From positions 184,458 to 248,457 of the forward strand of contig JBBRLX010000003.1 in assembly GCA_038231135.1 (NCBI GenBank): DNA of 64,000 nt. The letters are read 5' to 3'. The position numbers and the translations under genes were made by a program. The stretch's first letter is position 1; each line of letters opens with the position of its first letter. The notes under the pieces are model-generated. The model saw only the letters and a list, made by a program, of their open reading frames with translations. It was not told the origin of the DNA and did no database searches. Positions 33,193 through 43,814 of this stretch are shown here, in pieces. This DNA is from Candidatus Eiseniibacteriota bacterium (lineage in GTDB: Bacteria; Eisenbacteria; RBG-16-71-46).

Positions 33193-33564
33193 GTGCCGAC
33201 CGAGCCGTCACGGGAACTGGTGACGTTCCCCAATCCCAATATCGGACGCGACTACGTGATCCGGCACCGCTGCCCGGAATACACTGCCGTGTGCCCCGTG
33301 ACCGGTCAGCCCGACTTCGGGGAGATCGTCGTGGTGTACGTGCCCGACCGGCTGTGCATCGAGCTCAAGTCGCTCAAGCTCTACCTGTGGTCGTTCCGGA
33401 ACGAGGGCCATTTCTTCGAGCAGGTGACCAACCAGATCCTCGACGACCTGGTGACGGCGATCCGGCCGCGGCGCATGTCGGTGATCGGCAGGTTCAACGT
33501 GCGCGGCGGCATCGCCACCACCGTCGTCGCGCGCCACAATCCCGAGCGCGCCGCCGCGGTCTGA
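33193..33564 (+). CDS. queF: NADPH-dependent 7-cyano-7-deazaguanine reductase (unimodular QueF)
   Basis: GGAGG RBS plus [34 protein letters not shown]. Confidence 0.93.
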   Translation: MPTEPSRELVTFPNPNIGRDYVIRHRCPEYTAVCPVTGQPDFGEIVVVYVPDRLCIELKSLKLYLWSFRNEGHFFEQVTNQILDDLVTAIRPRRMSVIGRFNVRGGIATTVVARHNPERAAAV

Positions 33565-33604
33565 GGGCCAGGGAGCACTCAGACCGCATCCACGCACGAG
33601 GCCG

Positions 33605-35896
33605 ATGAACACTCAGCTGGCGCTCAGCACGCTCAACCTGGGGCTCGGGGGACTGGTGTTCCTCCTCGGGCTCGTGATTCTGCGCGAGAACCCGCATCAG
33701 CGCGTGAACCGGCTGGTGGCGATGATGCTGTTCTTCGGCGGGTTCGGCGCCGTGCTCGCCGGGCTCACGTTCCTGCCGGGCCAGTCCGCCCGCGGAACGG
33801 TGCCCGACCTTTACCAGAACATGTCCTACGTGTGGGAGTTCTTCTTCCCCACGCTGTTCGCGTTCGCGAGCGTGTTCCCCGACGAGCGGTCGTTCACCCG
33901 CATACCCGAGCTGCGTGCCGGCGGCCGGCGCATCCCCACGCCCGGGTTCGCGACCCTGGTGTTCGCGCCCTATGTGTTCCACTTCCTGCTGATGGTCGTG
34001 ATCACCTTCTGGAAGCCGCACATGGCGTTGCCGGCGAGCGGACCGCTGCACCTGCTGTCGCCGCTGCTGCAGGTGGCCGGCGTGTTCGGCGGCCTGTTCC
34101 TGGTGTTCCACCAGGCGCTGTTCTCGCTCGTGAACCTGGGCGTCGGGCTCGGCACCATCGCGCTGCTGTTCAGCAGCTGGCGGCGCGCGAAGGTGCCGCG
34201 GCTGCGCCGCCAGCTGAGCGCGATTGCGATCGGCATGAGCGCGTCACTGGTGTGCTACAGCGTGTCGACGCTGGTGCCCGGCCTGTTCAACTTCCGCGTT
34301 CCCGACACCTGGCGTTCGCTGCTGACGGTGGTCGCGCTCACGCTCGGGCCCGGCTCGATCGCGTACTCGATCGTGCGCTACAAGTTCCTCGACACCAAGC
34401 TGCTGGCGCGGCGGGGCATCCTGTACGCGCTCGCATCGGGCGTGCTCGTCGGCCTCTATCTGCTGGTGGTGGGCCGCCTCAACCATTACCTGAGTGCGTT
34501 CACCGGGCGCGAGTCGAAGGTGCTCGAGCCGGTGTTCCTGATCCTCGCGCTCGCGCTGTTCCAGCCGGCGATCGCGCGGCTCGAGGAGCTGCTGGACCAG
34601 GTGTTCCTCCGCGATCCGTCGGATTATCGCAACGTGCTGCGCCACCTGGGGCGCGAGCTCCAGACCACGATCGACCTCGAGGTGCTGCTGACCCGCACGA
34701 TCGACACGGTGGCGGAGACGCTGATCCTCGAGCACGCCCACATCGTGGCGCTGTCGCCGCGCGGCATGGTGGCGCACACCGGCGCCGGGCCGCCGCTGTC
34801 GGGCGCGGCGCACGTGATGCTCGGCCGGCTGCTGCCCAAGGTGTCGACGCGTCAGAGCAGCTACCGGCTCGTCGAGCGCGTCGAGGGATTGTCGCGTGAC
34901 GAGCAGACAGAGCTGGTGGGCGGTCTCGACCTGAGCCTGCTGGTGCCGCTCCAGTGGCGGGGCGATCTCGTGGGTGCGCTGCTGCTCGGCGACAAGGTGC
35001 TCGGCACCGACTTCACCGCCGAGGACGTGAACCTGCTGACGGCGCTCGCCGGCCAGGTGTCGGTGTCGCTGCAGAACGCGCTGCTGCTGCGCGACCGCGT
35101 CGCCGTGGCGCGGTTCGAGGAGGAGCTCAATCTCGCGCGGCAGATCCAGCGCCGCTCGCTGCTGTCGGAGTTCCCGCCGATGCCGCGCAGCGAGGTGCAC
35201 GCGATCTACATCCCGTCGAAGCACGTGGGTGGCGACTTCTACGACGTGGTGCCGACCCAGGACGGCGCGTTCCTCGTCGCGATCGCGGACGTGTCGGGCA
35301 AGGGCGTGCCGGCGGCGCTGCTGTCGGCGATGCTGCAGGCCGCGCTGCGCACCCAGGCCGGCAGCGAGACGTCGGTGGCGGCGATCCTGCGCAACATCAA
35401 CGCGCTGCTCTACCGCAGCACCTCGCTGCACCAGTTCGCCACGTTCTTCCTCGCGCGCATCGACGGGCGTTCACTGCACATGACGTTCTGCAACGCCGGC
35501 CACAACTGGCCGCTGGTGCTGCGCCGCGACGGCCGGCGCGAATTCCTCGAGCGCGGCAGCACGATCCTCGGCATCCTCGAGCACCTGGACATCGAGGAGG
35601 GCAGCATCGACCTGTCGCCGGGCGACGTGGTCGTGCTCTATACCGATGGCGTCAGCGAGGCGACGAACTCCAACAACGAGCAGTTCAGCGATCCCCGGGT
35701 GTGCGATTGCGTGGCGGCGCTGCCGCGGACGCTGACGGCTCGGGGGGTGGCGGAGGGGGTGCTGGGGGAACTGCGGGAGTTCCTGGGCTCCGTGGAACCG
35801 CAGGACGACATTACGCTGCTGGTGTTGCGGGTCCTGGAGCCGGTGCCGTCGGTCGCGGTGCTCGAGCCGGTGCCGGAGATCGCGGCGTCTCTTTAG
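33605..35896 (+). CDS. Multi-TM sensor with GAF domain and SpoIIE/PP2C phosphatase
   Basis: About 9 TM segments with SIVRYKFLD motif; GAF-like VPL…LVGALLLG.K…FTAEDVNLL; GGDFYD, ADVSGKG, NAGHN, YTDGVSE, DDIT. Confidence 0.9.
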   Translation: MNTQLALSTLNLGLGGLVFLLGLVILRENPHQRVNRLVAMMLFFGGFGAVLAGLTFLPGQSARGTVPDLYQNMSYVWEFFFPTLFAFASVFPDERSFTRIPELRAGGRRIPTPGFATLVFAPYVFHFLLMVVITFWKPHMALPASGPLHLLSPLLQVAGVFGGLFLVFHQALFSLVNLGVGLGTIALLFSSWRRAKVPRLRRQLSAIAIGMSASLVCYSVSTLVPGLFNFRVPDTWRSLLTVVALTLGPGSIAYSIVRYKFLDTKLLARRGILYALASGVLVGLYLLVVGRLNHYLSAFTGRESKVLEPVFLILALALFQPAIARLEELLDQVFLRDPSDYRNVLRHLGRELQTTIDLEVLLTRTIDTVAETLILEHAHIVALSPRGMVAHTGAGPPLSGAAHVMLGRLLPKVSTRQSSYRLVERVEGLSRDEQTELVGGLDLSLLVPLQWRGDLVGALLLGDKVLGTDFTAEDVNLLTALAGQVSVSLQNALLLRDRVAVARFEEELNLARQIQRRSLLSEFPPMPRSEVHAIYIPSKHVGGDFYDVVPTQDGAFLVAIADVSGKGVPAALLSAMLQAALRTQAGSETSVAAILRNINALLYRSTSLHQFATFFLARIDGRSLHMTFCNAGHNWPLVLRRDGRREFLERGSTILGILEHLDIEEGSIDLSPGDVVVLYTDGVSEATNSNNEQFSDPRVCDCVAALPRTLTARGVAEGVLGELREFLGSVEPQDDITLLVLRVLEPVPSVAVLEPVPEIAASL

Positions 35897-36045
35897 CCCT
35901 CCCGGTAACAACGTAACAGGCATCGCCGGCACCGCCCGCTCGATGGGAACGTCCACTTGCGCCCACATTGGCCATCACAGGCGAATCCCATCACAAATGA
36001 ATCCCAGGACCGACCTGCGTGGGTGGCCATGATGGGCTCCTCGTG

Positions 36046-36579
36046 TCAGCGCGACTCAGGTTGTGACTCAGCCCATTGCAGGGCGCGGGATTCCTCGGGG
36101 ATGCGGATCGACATGGCGACGGCGTTGAAGACGGAGAACGCGATGGCGGTGCGCCAGGCGCCGAACATCAGGGGGCCGGCGAGGAGTTCGGCGGCGACCG
36201 CGAGGTAGTTGGGATGGGGGAGGAAGCGATACGGGCCGCGGCGGATGGGATGGGCGCCGGGGACGACACGGATGTGGACGTTCCAGAATACGCCGAGGCT
36301 GCGGATCGCCCAGACGCGCAGCGCCTGGGATGCGAGCCACACCGCGAGCCATGCGGGCCATGCGGCGGGCGGGGCGACGTCCCGGCGGAGCGCTTCGAGC
36401 ATCAGCGCCAGGGGATAGAGCGTGTGCAGCGCCACGAACAGCGGAAAGTGCCCACGGCCGAACTCGCGCGGGTGGCGGCCGGCCAGCGCCCGGGCATGAC
36501 GCGCCGAAATCACCAGCTCGGTCACCCGCTGGGCGACGAGCGCGACGAGGAACGCGCCGAGCGCCACCCGCGAATTCAT
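36046..36579 (-). CDS. Isoprenylcysteine carboxyl methyltransferase family protein (BpsB/SrsB-like)
   Basis: QRVTEL, LRVWAIRSLG.FWN, GPYRFLPHPNY, RIPEE; ATGA overlap with the PKS gene. Confidence 0.9.
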   Translation of the reverse strand: MNSRVALGAFLVALVAQRVTELVISARHARALAGRHPREFGRGHFPLFVALHTLYPLALMLEALRRDVAPPAAWPAWLAVWLASQALRVWAIRSLGVFWNVHIRVVPGAHPIRRGPYRFLPHPNYLAVAAELLAGPLMFGAWRTAIAFSVFNAVAMSIRIPEESRALQWAESQPESR

Positions 36580-37739
36580 GCTTTGGGATCCACCCGGTCG
36601 GCGGCCTGCAGCAGCACGTATTCCGACGCGAAGCCCGGTCCGAGCGCGGCGACGAGCGCCGTGTCTCCGGCATGGACGTCACCAGCGGCGAGCGTGGCCT
36701 CGAGCACGAACAGGCACGTCGGCGACGACATGTTGCCGCAGCGTTCCAGCACCGCCTGCGAGTGGCGCAGGCGCGCCGGTTCGAATGCCAGCGCGTCGGC
36801 GTAGGCTTCGATCACCTTGGGGCCGCCGGGATGGGCGACGAAGTGGTCGAGATCCGCGAGCGTGCGGCCATGCGCTGCGAGGAACTCCTCGATGTCGGCG
36901 CGGATGCACTGTCGCACGAACGCGGGGATGTCGCGCGAAAACACCACGTGGAGTCCCTGGGCGTCGACGGTCCAACCCATGATGTCGAGCGTGCCGGGCC
37001 ACAGCGTGCTCGAGCTCGCCAGCACGTCGAGCGCCACGCCGCCCGTGCCCTCCGCGTTCCGGGGCGGCCGGCGGCCCGGCGCCGTCACGACCGCCGCGGC
37101 CGCGCCGTCCGAGAACAGCGCGGTGGCGACGATGTTACGCGCGTCGCTGTCGCCGGGCTGGAACGCCAGCGTGCACAGCTCGAGCGCGATCATCAGCACG
37201 ACGGCGTTCGGATCCGAGCGCGCGAACTCCGCGGCACGCGCCAGCCCGGCGGCGGCGCCGGCGCAGCCGAGGCCCCAGATCGGCACCCGCCGCACGTGGC
37301 TCGCGAAACCCGCGGCGGCGGCCAGCCGGGCATCGATGCTCGGCGTCGCGATGCCGGTGGAGGACACGAACAGCAGATGCGTCACGTCGGCCGCGCCATA
37401 CCCGGAGCGCTCCAGCGCGCGTTCAGCGGCGTCGCGGGCGAGGATCAGCGCCTGGTCGACGTAGGCGGCGCTGGTCTCGCCGAAATCGTGAGGCGTGCGA
37501 TACCAGTCGAGCGGCATGCAGGTGCGGCGCGAGACGATGCCGCTGCGGTCGAACACCGCGAGCAGCCGCGACGTGTCGCCCCGCACCACGCGTTCGAACA
37601 TCTCGGCGACGAATGCCCGCGCCTGCGGCTGCGACACGGTATGCGGCGGCAGCGCCGTGGCGACGGCGGCGAGGCGCGCGGAGCGGGGCGTGGCGGATGC
37701 TTTCGAGCGGCGGGTCGGAGCCGCCGTAGTGAGGTGCAT
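36576..37739 (-). CDS. Type III polyketide synthase (BpsA/SrsA-like)
   Basis: Catalytic triad GLGCAG / HPGGPK / GNMSS; STGIATPS, ELCTL, ALFSDGAAA, LGPGF; GGAG RBS before ATG 37739. Confidence 0.93.
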   Translation of the reverse strand: MHLTTAAPTRRSKASATPRSARLAAVATALPPHTVSQPQARAFVAEMFERVVRGDTSRLLAVFDRSGIVSRRTCMPLDWYRTPHDFGETSAAYVDQALILARDAAERALERSGYGAADVTHLLFVSSTGIATPSIDARLAAAAGFASHVRRVPIWGLGCAGAAAGLARAAEFARSDPNAVVLMIALELCTLAFQPGDSDARNIVATALFSDGAAAAVVTAPGRRPPRNAEGTGGVALDVLASSSTLWPGTLDIMGWTVDAQGLHVVFSRDIPAFVRQCIRADIEEFLAAHGRTLADLDHFVAHPGGPKVIEAYADALAFEPARLRHSQAVLERCGNMSSPTCLFVLEATLAAGDVHAGDTALVAALGPGFASEYVLLQAADRVDPKA

Positions 37740-37972
37740 GATGCTCCCAGGGCCGGCCTGCGGGAATTCCCAACGAGATCCGGGTCCAAGGGGGAGCTCG
37801 AGACCCGCAAGATCAGGATACCAGTCTCCTGCGGCCCGCCGATAATTGGCGGGTGTCATGCCGCGGGGGGATCATGGGGGAGGCGGCCACCGACCGCCGG
37901 CGAACTTCCCGCGGTCGAGGGCGGCGACCGGGCGCCGGGCTCAGGTCGCAAGCAACTTCGCCGGCAGTCCGC

Positions 37973-39535
37973 TCAGCGGGACAGCGCTCCCGGGACCGCG
38001 GCGTCGGGGTGCTCGCGGAGCATCGATTGCAACTCGCCGGCCCGCGCCACGCCCAGCGTGCCGTCGATGCGGTACACGGCGTACCGCACGTCCGCGGCCG
38101 CGGTGTCGGAGGGCGCGAACGCCCGCACGAACTCGGCCCGCCGCACCTGCGGAATCACCAGCCGGACCGCCAGGCCGTCGAACAGCGCCTCGCGGACGTT
38201 CTGCTCCCAGTAGGACTCCCGAGCGGCGTCGTGGCCGGCCTCCCGATCGCGCTCGATCGCGGTGGGGGACCAGAACTTCAGCACGGTGCCATCCGGCAAT
38301 CCGGCGGCCGACAGATCCGCGAGCGCCCGCTGCGCGATGAGCGCGCGGTCGACGGTCGCATCCGCGCGCAAGCCGTCGACGAACGGATGGGTTTCGATCG
38401 AGTGCACGAGCACGGCGCCGTTCCACGTCCACAGCGCGGCGACCGCCGCGAGCGCCACGAGCGGGGCGCGGCCCGCCGGCCGGGCGCCCGCGGACGGCCC
38501 GGGTCCCGTTGCGGAGCGCGCGGCGCCCGGACCCGCAACCGCCGACCACGCTGCCGCGATGCACCATGACACGCCGAGCAGCGGACCGTAGAGATAGTAG
38601 TGATACGTGTGGTGCGCCAGCGGCAGCACCGGCAGCAGCGCTATCACGAACCAGGCGCCGCCCAGGATCCAGCCGCCGCGGCGCAGCGCCGGACGCCACG
38701 CGCCCAGGCTCCACAGCGCCAGCGCCGCCCAGCCCCACGCGAACACGTCGGGGTCGATCGCGTCACTGAACCCGCGCACGGTGGCGGCGAATGCGTTCAC
38801 CGCCCAGCCGGCATAACTGAGCAGGTTGCCGATCATGTGGCCGCCGATCGCCATGTGATACGCGGAGGCCGCGGCGGAGCCGCCCCGCACGCCGAACACG
38901 TCGAGCGCCGCGAGCCACGCCGCGTAGGCCGCGGCCAGTGCCACCATCGCGATCGGCACCGGGTCGCGCGGGCTGAGCGAGCGCTCCCAGGCCCGCGTCG
39001 CCAGCACGAGCAGCGGAACCGCGACGGCGGTCTCGCGGGTCAGCAGCGCGAGCGCGAGCCACGGCAACGCGAGCCAGCGGCGCGGGCCCCGGGCGCGCTC
39101 GGCGTGGAGCGCGAGCAGCGCGAACAGCCACATGAGCGGCACGTTGATCGCGGACACCCAGTAGAGCGCCGTATAGAGCGCAGGATGAACGGCGAACCAT
39201 GCCGTGCCGGCGGCCGCGGGCACGACGGCGTGAAACCGCCGCAGCCAGCCGTACGCGAGCAGGCACACGCTCGCGTGCACGACCAGGCTCGCGACGTGGT
39301 AGGGAACCGGCGCCAGCCCCGCGATCGCCCGCAGCAGTGGAAAGAACCCGAGGCTCGCGACCGGCCGATACGGTGTGAACAGGGCGGGCAGCAGTCCGGC
39401 GGCGCGGGCCAGATGCTGGAAGTCGTCCTGGCTGAAGTAGTAGCGGAGCGCGCCGCCGAACACCACGGCGAGCCCGGCAGCCAGCACGGCCGCAGCGACC
39501 GCCAGCTCCACCCCGCGGACGCGGGTCGGAGCCAC
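37973..39535 (-). CDS. Polytopic membrane protein, GT-C glycosyltransferase-like
   Basis: TM1 followed by an acidic loop YFSQDDF, then YRP, YH..SL..H, FAVHP, LLTRETA; many TM segments; start codon uncertain. Confidence 0.65.
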   Translation of the reverse strand: MAPTRVRGVELAVAAAVLAAGLAVVFGGALRYYFSQDDFQHLARAAGLLPALFTPYRPVASLGFFPLLRAIAGLAPVPYHVASLVVHASVCLLAYGWLRRFHAVVPAAAGTAWFAVHPALYTALYWVSAINVPLMWLFALLALHAERARGPRRWLALPWLALALLTRETAVAVPLLVLATRAWERSLSPRDPVPIAMVALAAAYAAWLAALDVFGVRGGSAAASAYHMAIGGHMIGNLLSYAGWAVNAFAATVRGFSDAIDPDVFAWGWAALALWSLGAWRPALRRGGWILGGAWFVIALLPVLPLAHHTYHYYLYGPLLGVSWCIAAAWSAVAGPGAARSATGPGPSAGARPAGRAPLVALAAVAALWTWNGAVLVHSIETHPFVDGLRADATVDRALIAQRALADLSAAGLPDGTVLKFWSPTAIERDREAGHDAARESYWEQNVREALFDGLAVRLVIPQVRRAEFVRAFAPSDTAAADVRYAVYRIDGTLGVARAGELQSMLREHPDAAVPGALSR

Positions 39536-39578
39536 GGGAGGGGTGCGGGCGGCGCGAACGCTCAGGGGAGGCGCATCC

Positions 39579-40865
39579 TCAGAACTGGTGCTCCTCGGTC
39601 GAATTGCGCAGCGCGGCCGTCGAGGACTGGCCGGCGCTGATCACCTGGGCCACGGCGTCGAAGTATCCGGTGCCGACGAACGCCTGATGTTTCACGGCCC
39701 CGTAGCCGTCCGACTTCTGCAGCGCGAACTCGCGGTCCTGGAGCTGCGAGTACGCCGCCATCGCCCGGTCGCGGTAGCCGAGCGCCAGCTCGTACATGCT
39801 GAGATTCAACGCATGGAAGCCGGCGAGCGTGACGAACTGGAACGCGTAGCCCAGGGCGCCGAGATCGGCCTGGAAGGTTGCGATCGCGGCGGCATCGAGG
39901 TGACGCGACCAGTTGAACGACGGCGAGCAGTTGTAGGCTAGCAGCTTGCCCGGGAACTCGGCGTGCACGGCCGCGGCGAACTGGCGCGCCTCGGCCAGGT
40001 CGGGCGTCGAGGTCTCGCACCAGATGAGATCGGCGTACGGCGCGTACGCGAGACCGCGCGCGATCGCGGCCTCGATGCCGCCGCGGTAGCCGAAGAACCC
40101 CTCGGGGGTGCGCGTGCCGTCGAGGAACGCGTGATCGCGCTCGTCGACGTCGTTGGTGAGCAGCTGCGCGCTGTTGGCGTCGGTGCGCGCGATCACCAGC
40201 GTCGGCACGTCGAGCACGTCGGCGGCGAACCGCGCGGCCTGCAGCTTCTGCACGAACTCGCGGGTCGGCACCAGCACCTTGCCGCCCATGTGGCCGCACT
40301 TCTTGGCGGAGGCGAGCTGGTCTTCGAAGTGCACGCCGGCGGCGCCGGCTTCGATCATCGCCTTCATCAACTCGAACGCGTTGAGATCCCCGCCGAATCC
40401 GGCCTCGGCGTCGGCGACGATCGGGACGAACCAGTCGAACGCCGCGCCATTCGCGGCGGCGTTCATCGTCGCGATCTGATCCGCACGCTGGAACGCCTGG
40501 TTGATGCGCCGCACGACGGCGGGAACACTGTCCACCGGGTAGAGGCTCTGGTCCGGGTACATCTGTCCCGCGGTGTTCGCGTCGGCCGCCACCTGCCACC
40601 CCGACAGATAGATGCTGTCGAGGCCCGCGGCCGCCATCTGCACCGCCTGGTTGCCGGTGAGCGCGCCGAGCGCGCGCACCGGCGCCGCGGTGCTGACCGA
40701 GTTCCACAGGCGGTCGGCGCCGCGGCGCGCGAGCGTGTGCTCGACGTGGACGCTGCCGCGCAGCCGCACGACATCGTCCGCCGTGTAGTGCCGGCGGATG
40801 CCCCGCCAGCGGCCATCGCCGGCCCAGGCGGTGCGGAGTTCTGCTGCGCTGCGTGCTCGGCTCAT
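39579..40865 (-). CDS. aceA: Isocitrate lyase
   Basis: [25 protein letters not shown], signature [48 protein letters not shown]. Confidence 0.97.
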   Translation of the reverse strand: MSRARSAAELRTAWAGDGRWRGIRRHYTADDVVRLRGSVHVEHTLARRGADRLWNSVSTAAPVRALGALTGNQAVQMAAAGLDSIYLSGWQVAADANTAGQMYPDQSLYPVDSVPAVVRRINQAFQRADQIATMNAAANGAAFDWFVPIVADAEAGFGGDLNAFELMKAMIEAGAAGVHFEDQLASAKKCGHMGGKVLVPTREFVQKLQAARFAADVLDVPTLVIARTDANSAQLLTNDVDERDHAFLDGTRTPEGFFGYRGGIEAAIARGLAYAPYADLIWCETSTPDLAEARQFAAAVHAEFPGKLLAYNCSPSFNWSRHLDAAAIATFQADLGALGYAFQFVTLAGFHALNLSMYELALGYRDRAMAAYSQLQDREFALQKSDGYGAVKHQAFVGTGYFDAVAQVISAGQSSTAALRNSTEEHQF

Positions 40866-40926
40866 GGTGTCCTCATAAGGGGTTCGAGTGCCGGCAGGCC
40901 GGCAGGGATGGCTGTGAGATTCGGAA

Positions 40927-42489
40927 TCACACGGGATCGAACGACTGGTTCGCGATCATGGCTTCACTCAGGCGCCGCGCCTCGGTCAGCGTGCCTGCGT
41001 CGCCCGCATCGCGGCCGCCCGGCAGCTCGGCGATCAGCCGGTCGAGCTGCTCGTCGAAGCAGCGCTGCACGAACTCGCGGGTATGGGGCGCCACGCACCC
41101 CGCCGCGTCGAGCACCGGCGCCGCGCCGGAATGGCGCATGCGCTGGGCGATCATCAGGCGGTAGATGCGGTCGGTCGCCAGGTCCTCCATGTAGCCGTCG
41201 AGCAGGCTCGCGCCGCGCCCGTTCAGCACGCCGTTGCGGTAGCGGATCACCGTGCGCACGGCGGCCTGGGTGCCGGCGACGGTGCGGGCGCCGACGCCCA
41301 CGGGGGCGGGGCGCAGGTCGGGGCGCCGCTCGGCGTTCGGTGGCTGGAACGCGAGCTGATTGGGCTCGGGAAACTGCGCGACCGCGATCGCGTTCTGGTC
41401 CGGGTGGCCCGTCCACGCGCCGTCCATGCCGCAGCGGGCCTCGTTGCGTTTGTCCTGCTCCAGCACGGCGAGTGCCTGCGCGTTGAGCTCGGCATCCTCG
41501 CGGCTCGGGTACAGCGCCGTCATGCCGCCGATCGCGAGCGCTCCGCGCCGGTGGCAGACATCGACCAGCAGCGTGCGCAGCCGCTGGAAGAACGGCACGT
41601 CGTGGGGAATGGTGTTGCGGTCGGGCAGCACCCACGCCGGGTTCGCGAGGTCGAAATGGATCAGGCTCGCCATGTAGTCCCAGCGTCCGAGGTTCAGGCC
41701 CACGATGTGCTCGCGCAGCCCGAACAGGAACTCCTCCATCTGGTACGCCAGCGGGTGCGATTCGACGAGCGCCATGCAGCGGATCGCGTCGCGCGGCCAG
41801 CCGCGGGCCGCGGCGATCGCCTGGAACGCATCCCGCCACCACAGCGCCTCGGCGGCGGATTCGGACTTGGGGATATAGATGGACAGCGGGTGGCGCAACT
41901 TCGCCGGGTCGACCTGAAACGCGAGCAGCGCCAGGTCGAACAGCGACGCCGACTTGGGCTCGGTGCCGATCACGCCGGCCTGGCTCAGGTGCAGGCCGCG
42001 AACGCGGCTCCAGATCACCGTGCGGGACTCGCGGATGCCGACGGTCTGGCCGCGCTTGCGATCGGCATAGGTCAGCTCGCCCGTCAGCGCGGCGAGGATG
42101 TTGGCGATCCCCAGCATGAGGCGGGGCCAGGTGTTCGCCATCGAATCCTCGAGATCCAGCATGACTCCCGGCGCGCCCGAGTTCAGCATCTTGACCACGA
42201 GCTCGGCATCGTCCGCGGGGCCGGTCATCTGATTGCGCTGATCGGCGCACCAGCCCGGGACCTCGATCCGCCAGCCGCCGGTCGTGGCTTCGGAATCGGG
42301 CAGGTGATCGGGCAGCCGTCCGGCCTCAGCCGCGTCGAGCGCGGCACGGCGCGCGGCGATCAGCGATCGCTGCCGAGGCGTGAACACGGCATCCAGCGGC
42401 CGGTAGAACTCCATGAACCCGCGCGGCAGGTCGCGCGCCGCGTCGAACCCCTCCGGGGCGTGGTTCATACGGGGTGCAGTCGAATTCAT
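40927..42489 (-). CDS. aceB: Malate synthase (type A-like, divergent)
   Basis: TGP, LNSGA, DLEDS, RVRG, YIPK.ES, LN.GRWDY, GGM, DG.W.GHP, MEDLAT; GGAG RBS; directly upstream of aceA. Confidence 0.88.
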   Translation of the reverse strand: MNSTAPRMNHAPEGFDAARDLPRGFMEFYRPLDAVFTPRQRSLIAARRAALDAAEAGRLPDHLPDSEATTGGWRIEVPGWCADQRNQMTGPADDAELVVKMLNSGAPGVMLDLEDSMANTWPRLMLGIANILAALTGELTYADRKRGQTVGIRESRTVIWSRVRGLHLSQAGVIGTEPKSASLFDLALLAFQVDPAKLRHPLSIYIPKSESAAEALWWRDAFQAIAAARGWPRDAIRCMALVESHPLAYQMEEFLFGLREHIVGLNLGRWDYMASLIHFDLANPAWVLPDRNTIPHDVPFFQRLRTLLVDVCHRRGALAIGGMTALYPSREDAELNAQALAVLEQDKRNEARCGMDGAWTGHPDQNAIAVAQFPEPNQLAFQPPNAERRPDLRPAPVGVGARTVAGTQAAVRTVIRYRNGVLNGRGASLLDGYMEDLATDRIYRLMIAQRMRHSGAAPVLDAAGCVAPHTREFVQRCFDEQLDRLIAELPGGRDAGDAGTLTEARRLSEAMIANQSFDPV

Positions 42490-42635
42490 CGCTTCTCCGA
42501 TCGTCCACACCCCACGAAGTCCGAGCGTTCCGGACGCGACATCCCGGGCACGCGAAACACCGGTCCGGCGCCGGAATCCCGGGGACCCTCCAGGAGAGTC
42601 ATCGGCAGGGTTCGGGCCGCAGCTTGAGCCCGGGC

Positions 42636-43319
42636 CTAGGCTGCGCTCCGCTTCGGAGCCAGGACGATCCCCTGATAGGCCAGCGCCGCGGCCGCGCCGC
42701 CCACGAGCGGCCCGACCCAGTAGATCCAGTGGTCCGTCCAGAAGCCCGACACCAGCGCGGCGCCGAATGCGCGGGCCGGATTCATGGCGGCGCCCGTCAG
42801 CGGGCCCCCCACCAGGATATCCATGGTGACGCACAGGCCGATTCCGAAGCCGCCGATCCGGGGGCCACGCTCGTCGACCGCGGTTCCCCATACGGAGGTG
42901 ACGAGCAGGAATGTCAGCACTGCCTCGACGGCGACCGCGCCCGCCACCGACAGACCGGTATTCCGCTGCGCCGCGCCGAGGTGGGTGAGGGCCTGGACCT
43001 GGGCGGGGAAGATCGCGACGAGCAGGGCGCTCGCGGCCACGGCGCCCAGCAACTGAAACAGCCAGTAGGCGATCGCGGAGCGGCCCGACTGGCGGCCGGT
43101 GACCAGGAACCCGAACGTCACGGCAGGATTGAAATGGCCTCCCGAAACGAAGCCGAGCGCCGAGATCATCACGGCGAGCGCGAGCCCGTGCGCGATGGCG
43201 ACGGTCAGCAGGCTGGCGTTGCCGTCGAGCGCCAGCGCGCAGATCGCGCCCTGGCCGATGAAGCACAGCGTGAAGGTCCCCAGGAATTCGGCGGCGTACG
43301 ACTTCATTCCCTGATCCAT
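42636..43319 (-). CDS. MIP-family channel (aquaporin)
   Basis: AEFLGT, SGGHFNPAVT, QLLGA, VEAVLT, MNPARAFG, WIYWVGP; GGAGG RBS before ATG 43319. Confidence 0.95.
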   Translation of the reverse strand: MDQGMKSYAAEFLGTFTLCFIGQGAICALALDGNASLLTVAIAHGLALAVMISALGFVSGGHFNPAVTFGFLVTGRQSGRSAIAYWLFQLLGAVAASALLVAIFPAQVQALTHLGAAQRNTGLSVAGAVAVEAVLTFLLVTSVWGTAVDERGPRIGGFGIGLCVTMDILVGGPLTGAAMNPARAFGAALVSGFWTDHWIYWVGPLVGGAAAALAYQGIVLAPKRSAA

Positions 43320-43393
43320 GCGGCCTCCAGTGGTTTCGGAACACCCGTGCCCGGCCAGGTCGCCGTCGAATGCCGGGGCGCGAACGAGCGCCG

Positions 43394-43423
43394 ACGCTAT
43401 CCGGTCCCGGCGGAGCGCGTCAA
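43394..43423 (-). promoter_or_regulatory. Sigma-70-like promoter for the aquaporin (possibly also aceB-aceA)
   Basis: Minus strand TTGACG-N18-TAGCGT. Confidence 0.55.
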
Positions 43424-43670
43424 TCGCTCGCGCGCGGAGCGACGATCGCGCAATTCGCGACCCCCGCTTGCAGAACGCGACACGCATGCAACCCGCATGA
43501 ATCGCGGCCCAAACGCGGGTCGCTGCGCGCAGACCCCGCCGCGAACCGCCGCGTCGATTCCCGCAACCGCGGGTGCGGGTGAAGTCGAATGACCCACGCT
43601 GCAGGGTGGCTGTTTCTGAGGGGCGTTCGAAACCCCGCGCAATACCGCGGACATCTCGCGAACCCACGCA

Positions 43671-43685
43671 TGGCACAGATGCTGC
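43671..43685 (+). promoter_or_regulatory. Sigma-54 (-24/-12) promoter
   Basis: TGGCAC-AGATG-CTGC with GG-N10-GC spacing, ~130 nt before ATG 43815. Confidence 0.65.
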
Positions 43686-43814
43686 GCAAGCACATGGGTA
43701 GAAGCGTTCGTACCTTCTCCGGCGGGGGCCGCGAAGAGGTCGGGCAGTCTGCAACACCGGAAGCGCCGGTGACTCGCCGGTACGCTCCGGGAACCCAACG
43801 AGGAGACAGCAACC

